NCBI GenBank assembly: GCA_002372935.1
Contig: DFJF01000010.1
Span: 1 to 62,922, forward strand
Reading direction: 5' to 3'
Length of the DNA: 62,922 nucleotides
Source: Clostridiales bacterium UBA3678
Lineage (GTDB): Bacteria > Bacillota > Clostridia > TANB77 > CAG-508
Below the pieces are notes generated by a model. It did not search any database. It had not been told where the DNA came from and was given only the letters and a program-made list of their open reading frames with translations. Below, piece by piece: positions 40,812-51,804 of the stretch. The position numbers and the translations under genes are program-made. The stretch's first letter is position 1. Each line of letters starts with the position of its first letter.

Positions 40812-42071
40812 CTATTCATTTATCCTTTCTATTTTTGCACCTAATTTACGGAATTTTTCTTCTATCTTCTCATAACCTCTATCTAGGTATTTTAAATTAT
40901 ATACTTCTGTTTGACCTTTTGCAATTACTCCAGCAATAACTAAAGCTGCAGCAGCACGCAAATCTGAAGCATATATGGGAGCACCTTTTAATTCTTTAAC
41001 TCCTTCAAATATTGCCGTTTTCCCTTGTGCGGTAACGTGGGCACCCATTTTGTTTAATTCTTCTGTATATTGAAAACGAGAGTCCCAAATACTTTCATTT
41101 ATAATACTTGTACCATCAGCAATTGATAAAAGTACACCCATTTGTGATTGCATATCTGTTGGAAAACCTGGATAAGGGAGAGTCTTTATGTTAGCCTTTG
41201 TAGGTCTTTTTTTACTATAAACTCTAATGCTATCTCCATAATCTTCTACAGTTCCGCCTACTTCAATAATTTTTGCTGTTATAGACTCTAAATGTTTTGT
41301 TATACAATTTTTTATTAGTATGTCACCTCTAGATGCAACAGCAGCTACCATAAATGTACCAGCTTCTATTTGATCTGGAACAACAGAATATGTGGCATTT
41401 CCGGTTAATTCCTTTTTCCCAATTACTCTAATTGTATCTGTTCCTGCACCTCTAATGTCAGCACCCATGGTATTTAGAAAGTTTGCAACATCAACGATAT
41501 GAGGTTCTTTTGCTGCATTATCTATGATTGTTGTACCTTCTGCAAGAACTGCAGCAAGCATAATATTTATAGTTGCACCAACTGATGTAATATCCATATA
41601 AATTGAGTTTCCTACAAGTTTTTTTGCTTTTCCAATAATTTTTCCTTGACCAGTTTCTACAGTAGCACCTAGTGCTTCGAATCCCTTTATATGTTGATCT
41701 ATAGGTCTAGCACCTAAATTGCAACCTCCAGGCATTCCTACAGTAACAGATCCTTTTCTTCCTAGTAAAGCACCAATCATATAATATGAAGCTCTAAATT
41801 TGCTTGTTAATTCAAGAGGAGCTACTGTAGTAGAAATTTTTCTAGTATCTATTGTAACTTCATTTTTATTATTCCATTTTATTTTAGCACCTAATTTTTC
41901 TAATATTTCACAATATATTTTAACATCACTAATATTAGGTAAATTATTTATTGTACATATTCCATTTATTAAAAGTGTAGCTGGTAAAATAGCTACAGCT
42001 GCGTTTTTTGCTCCACTTATTATTACTTCTCCTTTTAATGGAGTTCCACCTGTTATGACTAATTTTTCCAA
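40812..42071 (-). CDS. murA: UDP-N-acetylglucosamine 1-carboxyvinyltransferase
   Basis: SGAKNAA, PGGCNLGARPID, YPGFPTDMQ; TTG start. Confidence 0.96.
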   Translation of the reverse strand: MEKLVITGGTPLKGEVIISGAKNAAVAILPATLLINGICTINNLPNISDVKIYCEILEKLGAKIKWNNKNEVTIDTRKISTTVAPLELTSKFRASYYMIGALLGRKGSVTVGMPGGCNLGARPIDQHIKGFEALGATVETGQGKIIGKAKKLVGNSIYMDITSVGATINIMLAAVLAEGTTIIDNAAKEPHIVDVANFLNTMGADIRGAGTDTIRVIGKKELTGNATYSVVPDQIEAGTFMVAAVASRGDILIKNCITKHLESITAKIIEVGGTVEDYGDSIRVYSKKRPTKANIKTLPYPGFPTDMQSQMGVLLSIADGTSIINESIWDSRFQYTEELNKMGAHVTAQGKTAIFEGVKELKGAPIYASDLRAAAALVIAGVIAKGQTEVYNLKYLDRGYEKIEEKFRKLGAKIERINE

Positions 42072-42160
42072 ATATATTACCCCCAAATTTTTATATTACA
42101 ATTTAACATAGATACTATATCATAAAATTAGAATATTTACAATGATTTTTTAAAGATTAA

Positions 42161-42799
42161 TTATTTTTTTGCTGTAATTAAACCTGATTGCTCAAATAGT
42201 TCAAGTATTTTTAGTTTTAATTTAACATCATAATTATCACTTTGAGAGACTAGATTATAATTTTCATCTGATAGATTTTCTTTTAATTCTTCTTTTGAAG
42301 TTTCAGGTACAATTCCTGTAGAAACATCTACAAAACATAGTGGAGGAAACATTACACACCACCAATTTCTACCATTTGCGTTTCCGATCTTTACTCTTAA
42401 AGCATCATAATTTCCAGCAGGAAATGAAATATCTCCATAAGTTTTTGTAGGAAATTCAAAATTTCCTATTTCTACTGTTACAGGATAATTATATCCTTGC
42501 TCTTTTACAGTCATTTCAGCAATGTTTTTTAAATCTTCTATATGATTTTTGGCGTATTCAATAATATCTTCTTTAGAAGTAAATGTATTAGTTTTTTCAT
42601 TCATATAATTTATTAGATTGTCTCTTACAATATATTTTAAGTTTTGATCTTCATCACTATCACTATTAGCTATAACATGAAGTCTAAAAACACTATTATA
42701 CATATTATCTGAAATTGCAGAAACATATGAATATGCACTAAAAAAAATATAAATTAAAAACAAAATTGATAATATTACAATAAATTTAATTTTTTTCAT
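42161..42799 (-). CDS. spoIIR: Stage II sporulation protein R
   Basis: RLHVIANSDS, FPTKTYG, NWWCVMFPPLC; sigma-F-like promoter GTATA..GGAAATAAT upstream. Confidence 0.95.
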   Translation of the reverse strand: MKKIKFIVILSILFLIYIFFSAYSYVSAISDNMYNSVFRLHVIANSDSDEDQNLKYIVRDNLINYMNEKTNTFTSKEDIIEYAKNHIEDLKNIAEMTVKEQGYNYPVTVEIGNFEFPTKTYGDISFPAGNYDALRVKIGNANGRNWWCVMFPPLCFVDVSTGIVPETSKEELKENLSDENYNLVSQSDNYDVKLKLKILELFEQSGLITAKK

Positions 42800-43038
42800 T
42801 TTTTTAAAATCCTTTCTAATTATTTTAATTATTTCCAATTTTTAAAAATATATACAAATGTGATTTTTGAGCATTTTTAAATAATTAATTTTATACCACA
42901 AACTTAAAATAATATTTGAGCTATGAATTTTACAAATGTCGAAAAAAGTAGATAAATTTTATTTGAAATAATATTGACATATTTGTAACAAAATGGTAAA
43001 ATTTACCAGTAAGCAAATGAGAAAGGAAGGGTTTTATA

Positions 43039-43485
43039 ATGGTTACAAAAGAACATAAAAAACAAGAGGAATGCTTAATTTGTGTTAGTGATTATCATTT
43101 AGAAATGATATTAATTCCATACATCAAAGAAAGACTAAATAATTCGAATATTATAATTTTAACAGAAAATAATTTAGAAGAAAGTATAAAAACTTTACTA
43201 GAAAAAATAAATTTAAGTGATGAAGTAAAAAATAATATTTTTAATCTAAATTGGAAAGCTGAAAATAATAAAAAGATAGAATATTTAAAAAAGATATCAA
43301 AACAAGAAAAAAATGCGGTAGTCATTATAAATGGAAAAATTAATTTTATTAATAATACAGAAGAACAAATTAATAATTGTTCAATAATTGAAAAGGTAAA
43401 ATGTTTTCATATTTCTGATCCAAACCTAAATATGGAGGAAGTGAAAAGAAAATATAAAAGTTTCTTAAATACTGAAAAAATATAA
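43039..43485 (+). CDS. Hypothetical protein
   Basis: Good RBS, TTGACA promoter, 0A box at 42937. Confidence 0.7.
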   Translation: MVTKEHKKQEECLICVSDYHLEMILIPYIKERLNNSNIIILTENNLEESIKTLLEKINLSDEVKNNIFNLNWKAENNKKIEYLKKISKQEKNAVVIINGKINFINNTEEQINNCSIIEKVKCFHISDPNLNMEEVKRKYKSFLNTEKI

Positions 43486-43651
43486 GTCTTTATTTTTGCA
43501 CTTTTACTTTATTATAACAACAAAACTATTATCTTGTATTAAAGTAATATAGAAAATAAAATAAAGCTATTGCAAAAAAAAATCAAATGTTGTATATTAT
43601 AAAATATATATAATAAATATATTAATTAATCCAAGAAAGGAAGTAGCATAT

Positions 43652-44899
43652 ATGAACAATGAAGGTTTTGAGGAAGTTAAAAGAAAAATAAAAAGGTATG
43701 GACAAGAACATCTATTAGATTATTATGATAGATTACCTGATGGAGAAAAAAAAGAAAAATTTGAAAAACAATTAGAAAATATTGACTTTGAGATGATTGA
43801 TAGTTTGTATAAAAAAACTACATTAGAACCTAAGAATGAAAATGCGAATGTAGAACCAATAGAATATTGGGACAAAGAAAGACTTGGAGGAAAATATGAT
43901 TTCTATGAAGAAATAGGAATTGATGCAATAAAGGACGGAAAATTGGCGGCTGTAACAATGGCAGGTGGTCAAGGAACAAGATTAGGACATAATGGACCAA
44001 AAGGAACTTTTGATATTGGACTTGACTCTCATAAATCATTATTTGAATTATTATGTGATAGCCTAAAAGAAGCTGGAAAAAAATATGGTGTTACAATACC
44101 ATGGTTTATAATGACAAGTGAAGAAAATAACGAAGATACAGTAGAATTTTTTAAAAAGAATAAATATTTTGGCTATGAAAAAAATGTATATTTTTTTAAA
44201 CAAGGTCAGTTACCTATGATTGATACAGAAGGCAAAATATTAATTGGAGAAAATGGTTTAATAAAAGAAGCAGCTGATGGTCATGGTGGAGTATATGAAT
44301 CACTTGTAAAGAGTGGAATGGTAGATAAAATGAAGAACCTAGGTGTAGAATGGGTATTTATAGGTGGAGTTGATAACTGCTTAGTAAGAATGGTAGATCC
44401 TGTTTTAATGGGACTTGCAATTTATAAAGGAGTTTTAGAGGCAGGCAAATCAGTAGTTAAAGCATATCCACATGAAAAAGTTGGTGCTTTTTGTAAAAAG
44501 AATGGAAAGCCAAATGTAATTGAATATTCAGAAATAACACCAGAAATGGCAGAAGCAAGAGATGAAGCCGGAGAATTATTATATGGAGAATCACATATTT
44601 TATGCAATTTATTTAATATATCTGCAATAGAAAGAATGGGATCAACACCTTTACCATATCATTGTGCTTTTAAAAAAGCTACTTATATAGATAAAGATGG
44701 AAATAAAATTGTTCCAGATTCACCAAATGCATATAAGTTTGAGGCATTTTTATTTGATGCATTTGGAGATTTAGATGATATGGTAATATTAAGAGTAAAA
44801 AGAGAAGAAGAATTCGCACCAGTAAAAAATGCTACTGGTGTAGATAGCCCAGAAACAGCAAGGAATTTATACAATAATTTACACAAACAAAATAAATAA
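43652..44899 (+). CDS. UDPGP/UAP-family nucleotidyltransferase (UDP-hexose or UDP-GlcNAc pyrophosphorylase)
   Basis: AGGQGTRLG..PKG, DGHGG, EYSE, KFEAFLFD, EFAPVKN. Confidence 0.88.
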   Translation: MNNEGFEEVKRKIKRYGQEHLLDYYDRLPDGEKKEKFEKQLENIDFEMIDSLYKKTTLEPKNENANVEPIEYWDKERLGGKYDFYEEIGIDAIKDGKLAAVTMAGGQGTRLGHNGPKGTFDIGLDSHKSLFELLCDSLKEAGKKYGVTIPWFIMTSEENNEDTVEFFKKNKYFGYEKNVYFFKQGQLPMIDTEGKILIGENGLIKEAADGHGGVYESLVKSGMVDKMKNLGVEWVFIGGVDNCLVRMVDPVLMGLAIYKGVLEAGKSVVKAYPHEKVGAFCKKNGKPNVIEYSEITPEMAEARDEAGELLYGESHILCNLFNISAIERMGSTPLPYHCAFKKATYIDKDGNKIVPDSPNAYKFEAFLFDAFGDLDDMVILRVKREEEFAPVKNATGVDSPETARNLYNNLHKQNK

Positions 44900-45052
44900 T
44901 TTTAAAAATATTTTATCAAAAGCAACAAATGTTTTCAGAGAAATGGTAGAAGAAAATAAGTCAGGCAAAAATAAGAATGAGGTATTATAATTTATAAAAT
45001 AAAGAAAATTAAAGTTTATTTATAAAATATAAATAAGGAAAGGGTTATTTTA

Positions 45053-46780
45053 ATGAATTATTTAGAAGAATATAAAAAATGGTGTGAAAGCGATGAGTTC
45101 GATGAAGAAACAAAAAAAGAATTACTTTCTATAAAAAATAATGAAAAAGAGATAGAAGATAGATTTTATAAAGAATTAGAATTTGGAACGGCTGGTCTTA
45201 GGGGTATAATAGGTGCAGGAACAAATAGAATGAATAAATATGTTGTTGGAAAGGCAACACAAGGACTTGCAAATTATATTTTAAAAGAAGGAACTCAAGA
45301 TAAAGGTGTAGTTATAAGTTATGATTCAAGAAAAATGTCACCAGAGTTTAGTGAATATTCAGCATTAGTACTTAATGCAAATGGAATTAAAACATATCTT
45401 TTTGACCACTTAAGACCAGTTCCTGAACTTTCTTTTTCGGTAAGAGAATTAAAATGTACTGCAGGAATAATGATTACTGCTAGTCATAACAAGCCACAAT
45501 ACAATGGATATAAAGTTTATTGGGATGATGGAGCTCAAATCATTAGCCCAGTAGATAAAGGAATAATGGATGAAGTAAAGTCAATTTCTGATTATAAAGA
45601 AATAAAACAAATAACAAAAGAAGAGGCAAAAAATAGAGGATTGTTTAAAATTGTAGGAAAAGAACTAGATGACAAATACATAGCAGAATTAAAAAAATGT
45701 GTTTTAAATCCAGAAATTATAAAAAAGTATGGCAAAGATATGAAAATTGTATATACACCACTTCATGGTGCTGGAAGAGAAATGGCAGAAAGAATTTTAA
45801 AAGAGATTGGATTTGAAAATGTTTATACAGTAAAAGAGCAAGCAGAACCTGATGGACGATTTCCAACAGTAGATTATCCAAACCCAGAAGCAAAAGAAGC
45901 ATTCAAATTAGCACTAGATTTAGCTAAAAAAGTAGATGCTGATTTAGTTCTTGCTACAGATCCAGATGCAGATAGATTAGGAATATATTCTAAAGACACA
46001 AAAACAGGAGAATATAAAGAATATACAGGAAATATGTCCGGACTTTTAATTGCAGAATACAGATTAAATGCAATGAAGGAGAAAGGTATTCTTCCAAAAA
46101 ATGGAATGCTAGTTTCAACAATTGTTTCTTCAAATTTAGCTAAAGCAATAGCTAAAGAATATGATATTGAGTTTAGAGAAGTTTTAACAGGATTTAAATA
46201 TATTGGAGAACAAATACGAATAGAAGAAGAAAAGAAAAATGGCAAGAAATATCTATTTGGATTTGAAGAAAGTTATGGATGTTTAATTTCAGATTATGCT
46301 AGAGATAAAGATGGAATAAGTGCTGTAATGAGTCTATGTGAAGCTGCTGCTTATTATAAATCTAAAGGAATAACATTATGGGATCAAATGATAAATATAT
46401 ATAAAAAATATGGCTTTTATAAAGAAGGACAAGTTTCAATAACTTTAGAGGGAAGTAGTGGAGCTGAAAAAATGAAACAAATGATGAATAAATTAAGAGA
46501 AAGTATTCCATCTAAAATCGGAAAATATAAAGTTTTAGTTTATAAAGACTTTGCAAATAATATCGTAAAAGATATGAGAACAGGAAATACTACAGAAACA
46601 GGACTTCCAAAATCTAATGTCTTATATTATGAATTAGAAAAAGACAATTGGTGTTGTGTCCGTCCATCAGGAACAGAACCAAAAATTAAATTTTATTTTG
46701 GGGTAAAAAGCACATCAATTGAAGCTTCAGAAAAAGAATTAGAAGAAATAAAAAATGCTATGATAGAAATTGTAAAATAA
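45053..46780 (+). CDS. pgm: Phosphoglucomutase/phosphomannomutase
   Basis: FGTAGLRG, TASHN, DPDADR, RPSGTEPK. Confidence 0.9.
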   Translation: MNYLEEYKKWCESDEFDEETKKELLSIKNNEKEIEDRFYKELEFGTAGLRGIIGAGTNRMNKYVVGKATQGLANYILKEGTQDKGVVISYDSRKMSPEFSEYSALVLNANGIKTYLFDHLRPVPELSFSVRELKCTAGIMITASHNKPQYNGYKVYWDDGAQIISPVDKGIMDEVKSISDYKEIKQITKEEAKNRGLFKIVGKELDDKYIAELKKCVLNPEIIKKYGKDMKIVYTPLHGAGREMAERILKEIGFENVYTVKEQAEPDGRFPTVDYPNPEAKEAFKLALDLAKKVDADLVLATDPDADRLGIYSKDTKTGEYKEYTGNMSGLLIAEYRLNAMKEKGILPKNGMLVSTIVSSNLAKAIAKEYDIEFREVLTGFKYIGEQIRIEEEKKNGKKYLFGFEESYGCLISDYARDKDGISAVMSLCEAAAYYKSKGITLWDQMINIYKKYGFYKEGQVSITLEGSSGAEKMKQMMNKLRESIPSKIGKYKVLVYKDFANNIVKDMRTGNTTETGLPKSNVLYYELEKDNWCCVRPSGTEPKIKFYFGVKSTSIEASEKELEEIKNAMIEIVK

Positions 46781-46820
46781 GAGGCTGGATGTTGTACACA
46801 AATAATTAGGAGGGTACAAT

Positions 46821-47528
46821 ATGAATTTAATTGCATCATTAATAATATTTGATATACTAATAATAGTATATCAAATTTTAATAGAGGTTTTTACTATATT
46901 ATATAGAATAAATGGAGTAAATATTGAGGTTTCAAGATTTCAAGTTATTTCCTTGCTAACAGGAACAGGATTTACTACAGATGAAAGTGAATCCATGATC
47001 CTTACTAAAAGTAGAAGAAAAATAACTAGAAGAATTATGTTTTTTAGTTATATTTTCAATATATCAATTGTATCTACTTTTGTATCTATTTTTTCATCTA
47101 CTATGGATACAAAAAAAGAAGAAGTTCCAATTTATATAGGATTGACTCTTTTCATTATAATTTTTTTAATTATATTTTATAAAACTAAAATTAGAAAAAA
47201 TGTAATAGATAAAATTGTTATGAACATAGTAGATAGAAAGAAAAAGAAAACAAAAAACCCATTATTTATATATGATACATTTGGAAAAAAAGTAATTGCA
47301 GAGATAGAGATAAAAAATTTAAATGAGAAGTTATCCAAAAAAACAATCGAGGAAATAGGACTTAATCAAAAATATAATATTTCATTATTGGTAATTAAAA
47401 GAAAAGAAGCCATAATTTCTGAAATTACACCAGATACAATTATAAAACCTGGAGATACAATTGTAGTATTTGGAAAACTTAAAGATATAAAAAAGACTTT
47501 TGTTAATGACTTAATAAAACAAAAATAA
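46821..47528 (+). CDS. Membrane protein with TrkA-C (RCK-C) domain
   Basis: FQVISLLTGTGFTT.ESE pore-like motif; C-terminal PGDTIVVFG. Confidence 0.8.
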   Translation: MNLIASLIIFDILIIVYQILIEVFTILYRINGVNIEVSRFQVISLLTGTGFTTDESESMILTKSRRKITRRIMFFSYIFNISIVSTFVSIFSSTMDTKKEEVPIYIGLTLFIIIFLIIFYKTKIRKNVIDKIVMNIVDRKKKKTKNPLFIYDTFGKKVIAEIEIKNLNEKLSKKTIEEIGLNQKYNISLLVIKRKEAIISEITPDTIIKPGDTIVVFGKLKDIKKTFVNDLIKQK

Positions 47529-47530
47529 AA

Positions 47531-47606
<76 letters not shown>

Positions 47607-47682
47607 ATTATGTTTTATTATAACAATTTTTATTACAAAAGTCAATTATATAATATATGTTTAATTTAATTAGGAGCAAAAT

Positions 47683-48138
47683 GTGGAAGAAAAATTTATG
47701 AAAGAAGCTTTAAAAGAAGCAAAAAAGGCATATGAAAAATTTGAAATACCTGTTGGAGCAATAATAGTAAAAGATGGAAAAATTATTGCAAGAGCACATA
47801 ATCAAAAAGAAACAAAACTTGATACAACCAAACATGCTGAGATTTTGGCTATTCAGAAAGCAAGTAAAAAATTGAAATCATGGAGACTTATAGATTGTGA
47901 AATGTATGTAACTTTGGAACCATGTTCAATGTGCGCTGGAGCAATAATTAATTCAAGAATAAAAAAGGTATATATTGGTGCATCAGATCCTAAAACTGGT
48001 GCAGTTGGTTCGGTTTTAAACTTATTTGATGATTACAAATTCAATCACAAACCAGAATATGAAAAAGGCATAATGTCTAAAGAATGTGAAAAAATATTGA
48101 AAAATTTTTTTAAAGAATTGAGAAAAATTAAAGGTTAA
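47683..48138 (+). CDS. tadA: tRNA adenosine(34) deaminase
   Basis: EIPVGA, HAE, TLEPCSMC. Confidence 0.93.
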   Translation: MEEKFMKEALKEAKKAYEKFEIPVGAIIVKDGKIIARAHNQKETKLDTTKHAEILAIQKASKKLKSWRLIDCEMYVTLEPCSMCAGAIINSRIKKVYIGASDPKTGAVGSVLNLFDDYKFNHKPEYEKGIMSKECEKILKNFFKELRKIKG

Positions 48139-48183
48139 ATTTTAATATTTTAATATTTTAATAATCCAATTTATGGAGGTAAT

Positions 48184-48906
48184 ATGAAAAAAGCAATACA
48201 TATAGCAGTTATAATTGTATTAATTGTAGCAATATTCTTTACTGGGTTAATGGTTATTTTAAGATATAATGAAAAGGGAGAAACTAATATGCCATTTGAT
48301 ATAACCAAAATATCTATAATTTCTAAGGCGGATGGGGAAAATGTAGATGATAACAAGAATTTATGGAATAAAAAAATAAGCCAAAATAATGATATATATA
48401 TTTACATAGAAAAAAATGAAAATTATTCTAAGACAGAAACAATAAATAATGTTTTACTTAATAACTTTCAAATTTTAGAAAATCCTCAAGTAGGAAATAT
48501 AGTTTTTTTTAAGCCTTCAACAAGTGAAAATGCGAATTTTGAAAATAAAGATGAATTTAAAACAGATAATATTGTTTTTGAAGGTAAACAGTCTAGTGAT
48601 ATACAATCACTAGAAATATCTAATCAAGGAGGTATTGTTGCATTTAGATGTGCAAATGAGAATTTAGGTAATTATATATCAAATGATAAGGAATTAGATA
48701 ATACAAAATTTTTAAAAGGATTAAATTTGAACTATGAACAGATGAAAGCGAAAATATCTTTTGACTTAGAGATTACTTTAGAGGGGGGAAGAAAATTTAA
48801 AACAACAATAGAATTAGAGATTCCAAATAAAGATGTTATAGAGAAAGGCACTTCTGGAAGAGATTTGACAGATTTAGATATTGTTTTTAAAAGAATTGAA
48901 AACTGA
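48184..48906 (+). CDS. Hypothetical membrane-anchored protein
   Basis: N-terminal TM, GGAGG RBS. Confidence 0.7.
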   Translation: MKKAIHIAVIIVLIVAIFFTGLMVILRYNEKGETNMPFDITKISIISKADGENVDDNKNLWNKKISQNNDIYIYIEKNENYSKTETINNVLLNNFQILENPQVGNIVFFKPSTSENANFENKDEFKTDNIVFEGKQSSDIQSLEISNQGGIVAFRCANENLGNYISNDKELDNTKFLKGLNLNYEQMKAKISFDLEITLEGGRKFKTTIELEIPNKDVIEKGTSGRDLTDLDIVFKRIEN

Positions 48907-48984
48907 AAATTATAGTTTATAAATAATTTAAAAAAGTACTTGTAAAATTTGATAATCCGTTATATAATACAAATGGTATGAAGA

Positions 48985-49097
48985 TAGATTCTTGTATGGA
49001 AAGTAATCCAATAGAAGCCTATGAACCTTGTCAGGTCCGGAAGGAAGCAGCAATAAGTAGATACTTTTATGTGGAGTGCTTTCCATAGAGGAATCTA
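48985..49097 (+). ncRNA. ffs: Signal recognition particle RNA (small form)
   Basis: TCAGGTCCGGAAGGAAGCAGC helix-8 motif inside a long hairpin; upstream of dnaX. Confidence 0.95.
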
Positions 49098-49135
49098 AAA
49101 CTCACACCATTTTTTCTATTGATGGAGGTGGAATT

Positions 49136-50743
49136 ATGGGGTATACAGCTCTTTATAGAAAATTTAGACCAATAAAATTTGAAGAAATTGTTGGCCAAGA
49201 GCATATTACAAGAACTCTTAAAAATCAAGTTATAGCAGGAAGAGTAGGACATGCTTATTTGTTTAATGGAGGCAGAGGAACAGGAAAAACTTCTGCTGCT
49301 AAAATTTTAGCAAGAGCAATAAATTGTCTAAATCCACAAGATGGAGAACCATGTAATGAATGCGAAATATGTAAATCTGCTTTAGATGGGTCTCTTACAG
49401 ATATTGTAGAAATGGATGCTGCTTCAAACAATAGTGTAGAAGATGTTAGGGAAATAAGAGAAGCGGTTAATTTTTTACCAACAAAGGCAAAATATAGAGT
49501 ATATATAATAGATGAAGTTCATATGTTATCAACAGGAGCATTTAATGCTTTATTAAAAACATTGGAAGAACCACCAGAGCATGTTAAGTTTATATTGGCT
49601 ACAACAGAGCCTCAAAAGATACCAGCTACAATTCTTTCAAGATGCCAAAGGTTCGATTTCAAAAGAATTTCAAATGAAGACATTATAAAAAGACTTAGAA
49701 TTGTTTGTGAAGAGAGCAAAATAGAGATAAGTGATAAAGCACTTAATTTAATAGCAGTTCTTGCGGAAGGCGGAATGAGAGATGCACTTTCAATATTAGA
49801 AAGATGTAATCAAGATGGTGAAGATAAAATTGATGAAAACAAAATAAGAGACTTAGTTGGAATACCACAAATTACTTATGTAAAAGAAATTGTAGATTCA
49901 ATTATAAATTGTGATACTACAAAAAGCTTAGAAGTGGTCGATAATGTTCTAAAGGAGGGAAAAGACTTAAACAACTTGTTATGGGAAATAATTAAATATG
50001 TTAAAGATATTTTATTATATAAATCAACTGAAAAAGCTGAAACATACAGTGAAGAAGAAATAAAAGATATAAAGACTATTGCGGATAAAACTTCAAAAGA
50101 GGATTTAATAAATCTAATTTGTAATTTATCTGAATTAGAAAATCAAATAAAAATGTCTACACAAAAATTAATTATTTTTCAAACTGGGATTATAAAATTA
50201 TGTATTAAACATAAAGTTGTAGAATCTTCTGAAAAAAATGAAGAGCCTAAGAATATTAATGTTGATAAACTGGAAGAAAGAGTTACAAAAATCGAAAATT
50301 TTTTGAAAGCTAGTAATTTTGTAGAAAAAGATGCAAAGCTAAAATTTGCTATAAATCAAAATAAAAATGAGGTAAAGCAAAAAAAAGCAAAGCCACCTAA
50401 GCCAAAATATGAGGGAAAAACGCAAGATTACTGGCCAAAGTTAGTTAATGATTTTAAAGAAGAAGGCAAAATGTTCATGTATATAAATTTAGCTGGGACA
50501 GTAGCAAAAGAAATTAATGATATGACTGTTGCAATAGAGTTTCCAAATGGAATGAGTGAAGTTGCAAAAGAATTTTTAGAAAGACCAGACAATAAAATGA
50601 ATTTAAGAAATATTATATCTACTGTTTCTGGCAAAGATATGCAAATTAAATTTATAGATACAAAGCCAGAAAAAATAAAAAATGAAGAAAGCGAATTTGA
50701 AAGTTTTGCTAATCAAAATGATTTACCATTTAAGGTAATTTAA
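49136..50743 (+). CDS. dnaX: DNA polymerase III subunit gamma/tau
   Basis: ALYRKFRP, GTGKTS, DAASN, IIDEVHM, SRCQ. Confidence 0.96.
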   Translation: MGYTALYRKFRPIKFEEIVGQEHITRTLKNQVIAGRVGHAYLFNGGRGTGKTSAAKILARAINCLNPQDGEPCNECEICKSALDGSLTDIVEMDAASNNSVEDVREIREAVNFLPTKAKYRVYIIDEVHMLSTGAFNALLKTLEEPPEHVKFILATTEPQKIPATILSRCQRFDFKRISNEDIIKRLRIVCEESKIEISDKALNLIAVLAEGGMRDALSILERCNQDGEDKIDENKIRDLVGIPQITYVKEIVDSIINCDTTKSLEVVDNVLKEGKDLNNLLWEIIKYVKDILLYKSTEKAETYSEEEIKDIKTIADKTSKEDLINLICNLSELENQIKMSTQKLIIFQTGIIKLCIKHKVVESSEKNEEPKNINVDKLEERVTKIENFLKASNFVEKDAKLKFAINQNKNEVKQKKAKPPKPKYEGKTQDYWPKLVNDFKEEGKMFMYINLAGTVAKEINDMTVAIEFPNGMSEVAKEFLERPDNKMNLRNIISTVSGKDMQIKFIDTKPEKIKNEESEFESFANQNDLPFKVI

Positions 50744-50802
50744 TGTATGAGGTTTATAGGTATCCTAAAAAACCTAAATAAAAAAGTTAGGAGACATATA
50801 GT

Positions 50803-51138
50803 ATGAGTAAAAGAGGAGGATTTCCAGGAAATTTTGGAGGAATGAATTTAAATAATTTAATGAGAGAAGCAAAAAAAATGCAAGCAGATATAGAAAAATC
50901 ACAAGAAGAAATTGCATCAAAAGATTTTGAAGCAACTTCTGGTGGTGGAGCTGTTAAGGTTGTGGTTTCAGGAGCTAAGGCGATTAAAGAATTAACAATA
51001 AAAAAAGAGGTAGTTGATCCAGATGATGTTGAGATGCTTCAAGATTTAATTACAACATGTATAAATGAAGCATTAAGAAAAGTTGATGAAGAACAAGCTG
51101 CTTCAATGGGAAAATATAACATCCCTGGATTAATGTAA
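50803..51138 (+). CDS. YbaB/EbfC nucleoid-associated protein
   Basis: SGGGAVKV, VDPDDVEMLQDLI; between dnaX and recR. Confidence 0.93.
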   Translation: MSKRGGFPGNFGGMNLNNLMREAKKMQADIEKSQEEIASKDFEATSGGGAVKVVVSGAKAIKELTIKKEVVDPDDVEMLQDLITTCINEALRKVDEEQAASMGKYNIPGLM

Positions 51139-51153
51139 GTGGGGTAAAATGAG

Positions 51154-51753
51154 ATGTCAGAATATGCACCATCAATAGAAAAATTAATAGAAAGTTTTGA
51201 AAGATTACCAAGTATAGGACATAAAACAGCTGCAAGACTTGCTTTTCATATCCTAGATTGGAATGAAGAACAAACAAATGAGTTTATTTCATCAATTGTA
51301 AATGCAAAAAAGAATTTAAAATATTGTAGTAAATGTTTTAATATTACAGATACAGATCCTTGTCCAATTTGTTCAAATCCAAAAAGAGATCAAAGTACAA
51401 TTTGTGTTGTAGAAGATGTAAGAGATGTAGCTGCAATGGAAAGAACACACGAATTTAAAGGTGTTTATCATGTTTTGCATGGTTCAATATCTCCAATGAA
51501 TGGAGTAGGCCCTGATGATATAAAAATTAAAGAATTACTTTCAAGGTTAATGGAAGGAAATATTAAAGAAGTAATTTTAGCTACAAACCCAAGAGTGGAG
51601 GGAGAAGCTACAGCTATGTATATTTCAAAATTGATAAAACCACTTGGAATTCAAGCAACTCGTATTGCTCATGGAATTCCAGTTGGCGGAGATTTAGAAT
51701 ATACAGATGAAATTACTCTTTCAAAAGCTTTAGAAGGAAGAAGAGAAATATAA
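51154..51753 (+). CDS. recR: Recombination mediator RecR
   Basis: [10 protein letters not shown]4 zinc finger, EGEATA. Confidence 0.97.
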   Translation: MSEYAPSIEKLIESFERLPSIGHKTAARLAFHILDWNEEQTNEFISSIVNAKKNLKYCSKCFNITDTDPCPICSNPKRDQSTICVVEDVRDVAAMERTHEFKGVYHVLHGSISPMNGVGPDDIKIKELLSRLMEGNIKEVILATNPRVEGEATAMYISKLIKPLGIQATRIAHGIPVGGDLEYTDEITLSKALEGRREI

Positions 51754-51804
51754 TGAAAAAAGAGTTTTCTATAAATATGATTTTTAGAAAACTCTTTTTA
51801 AAAT

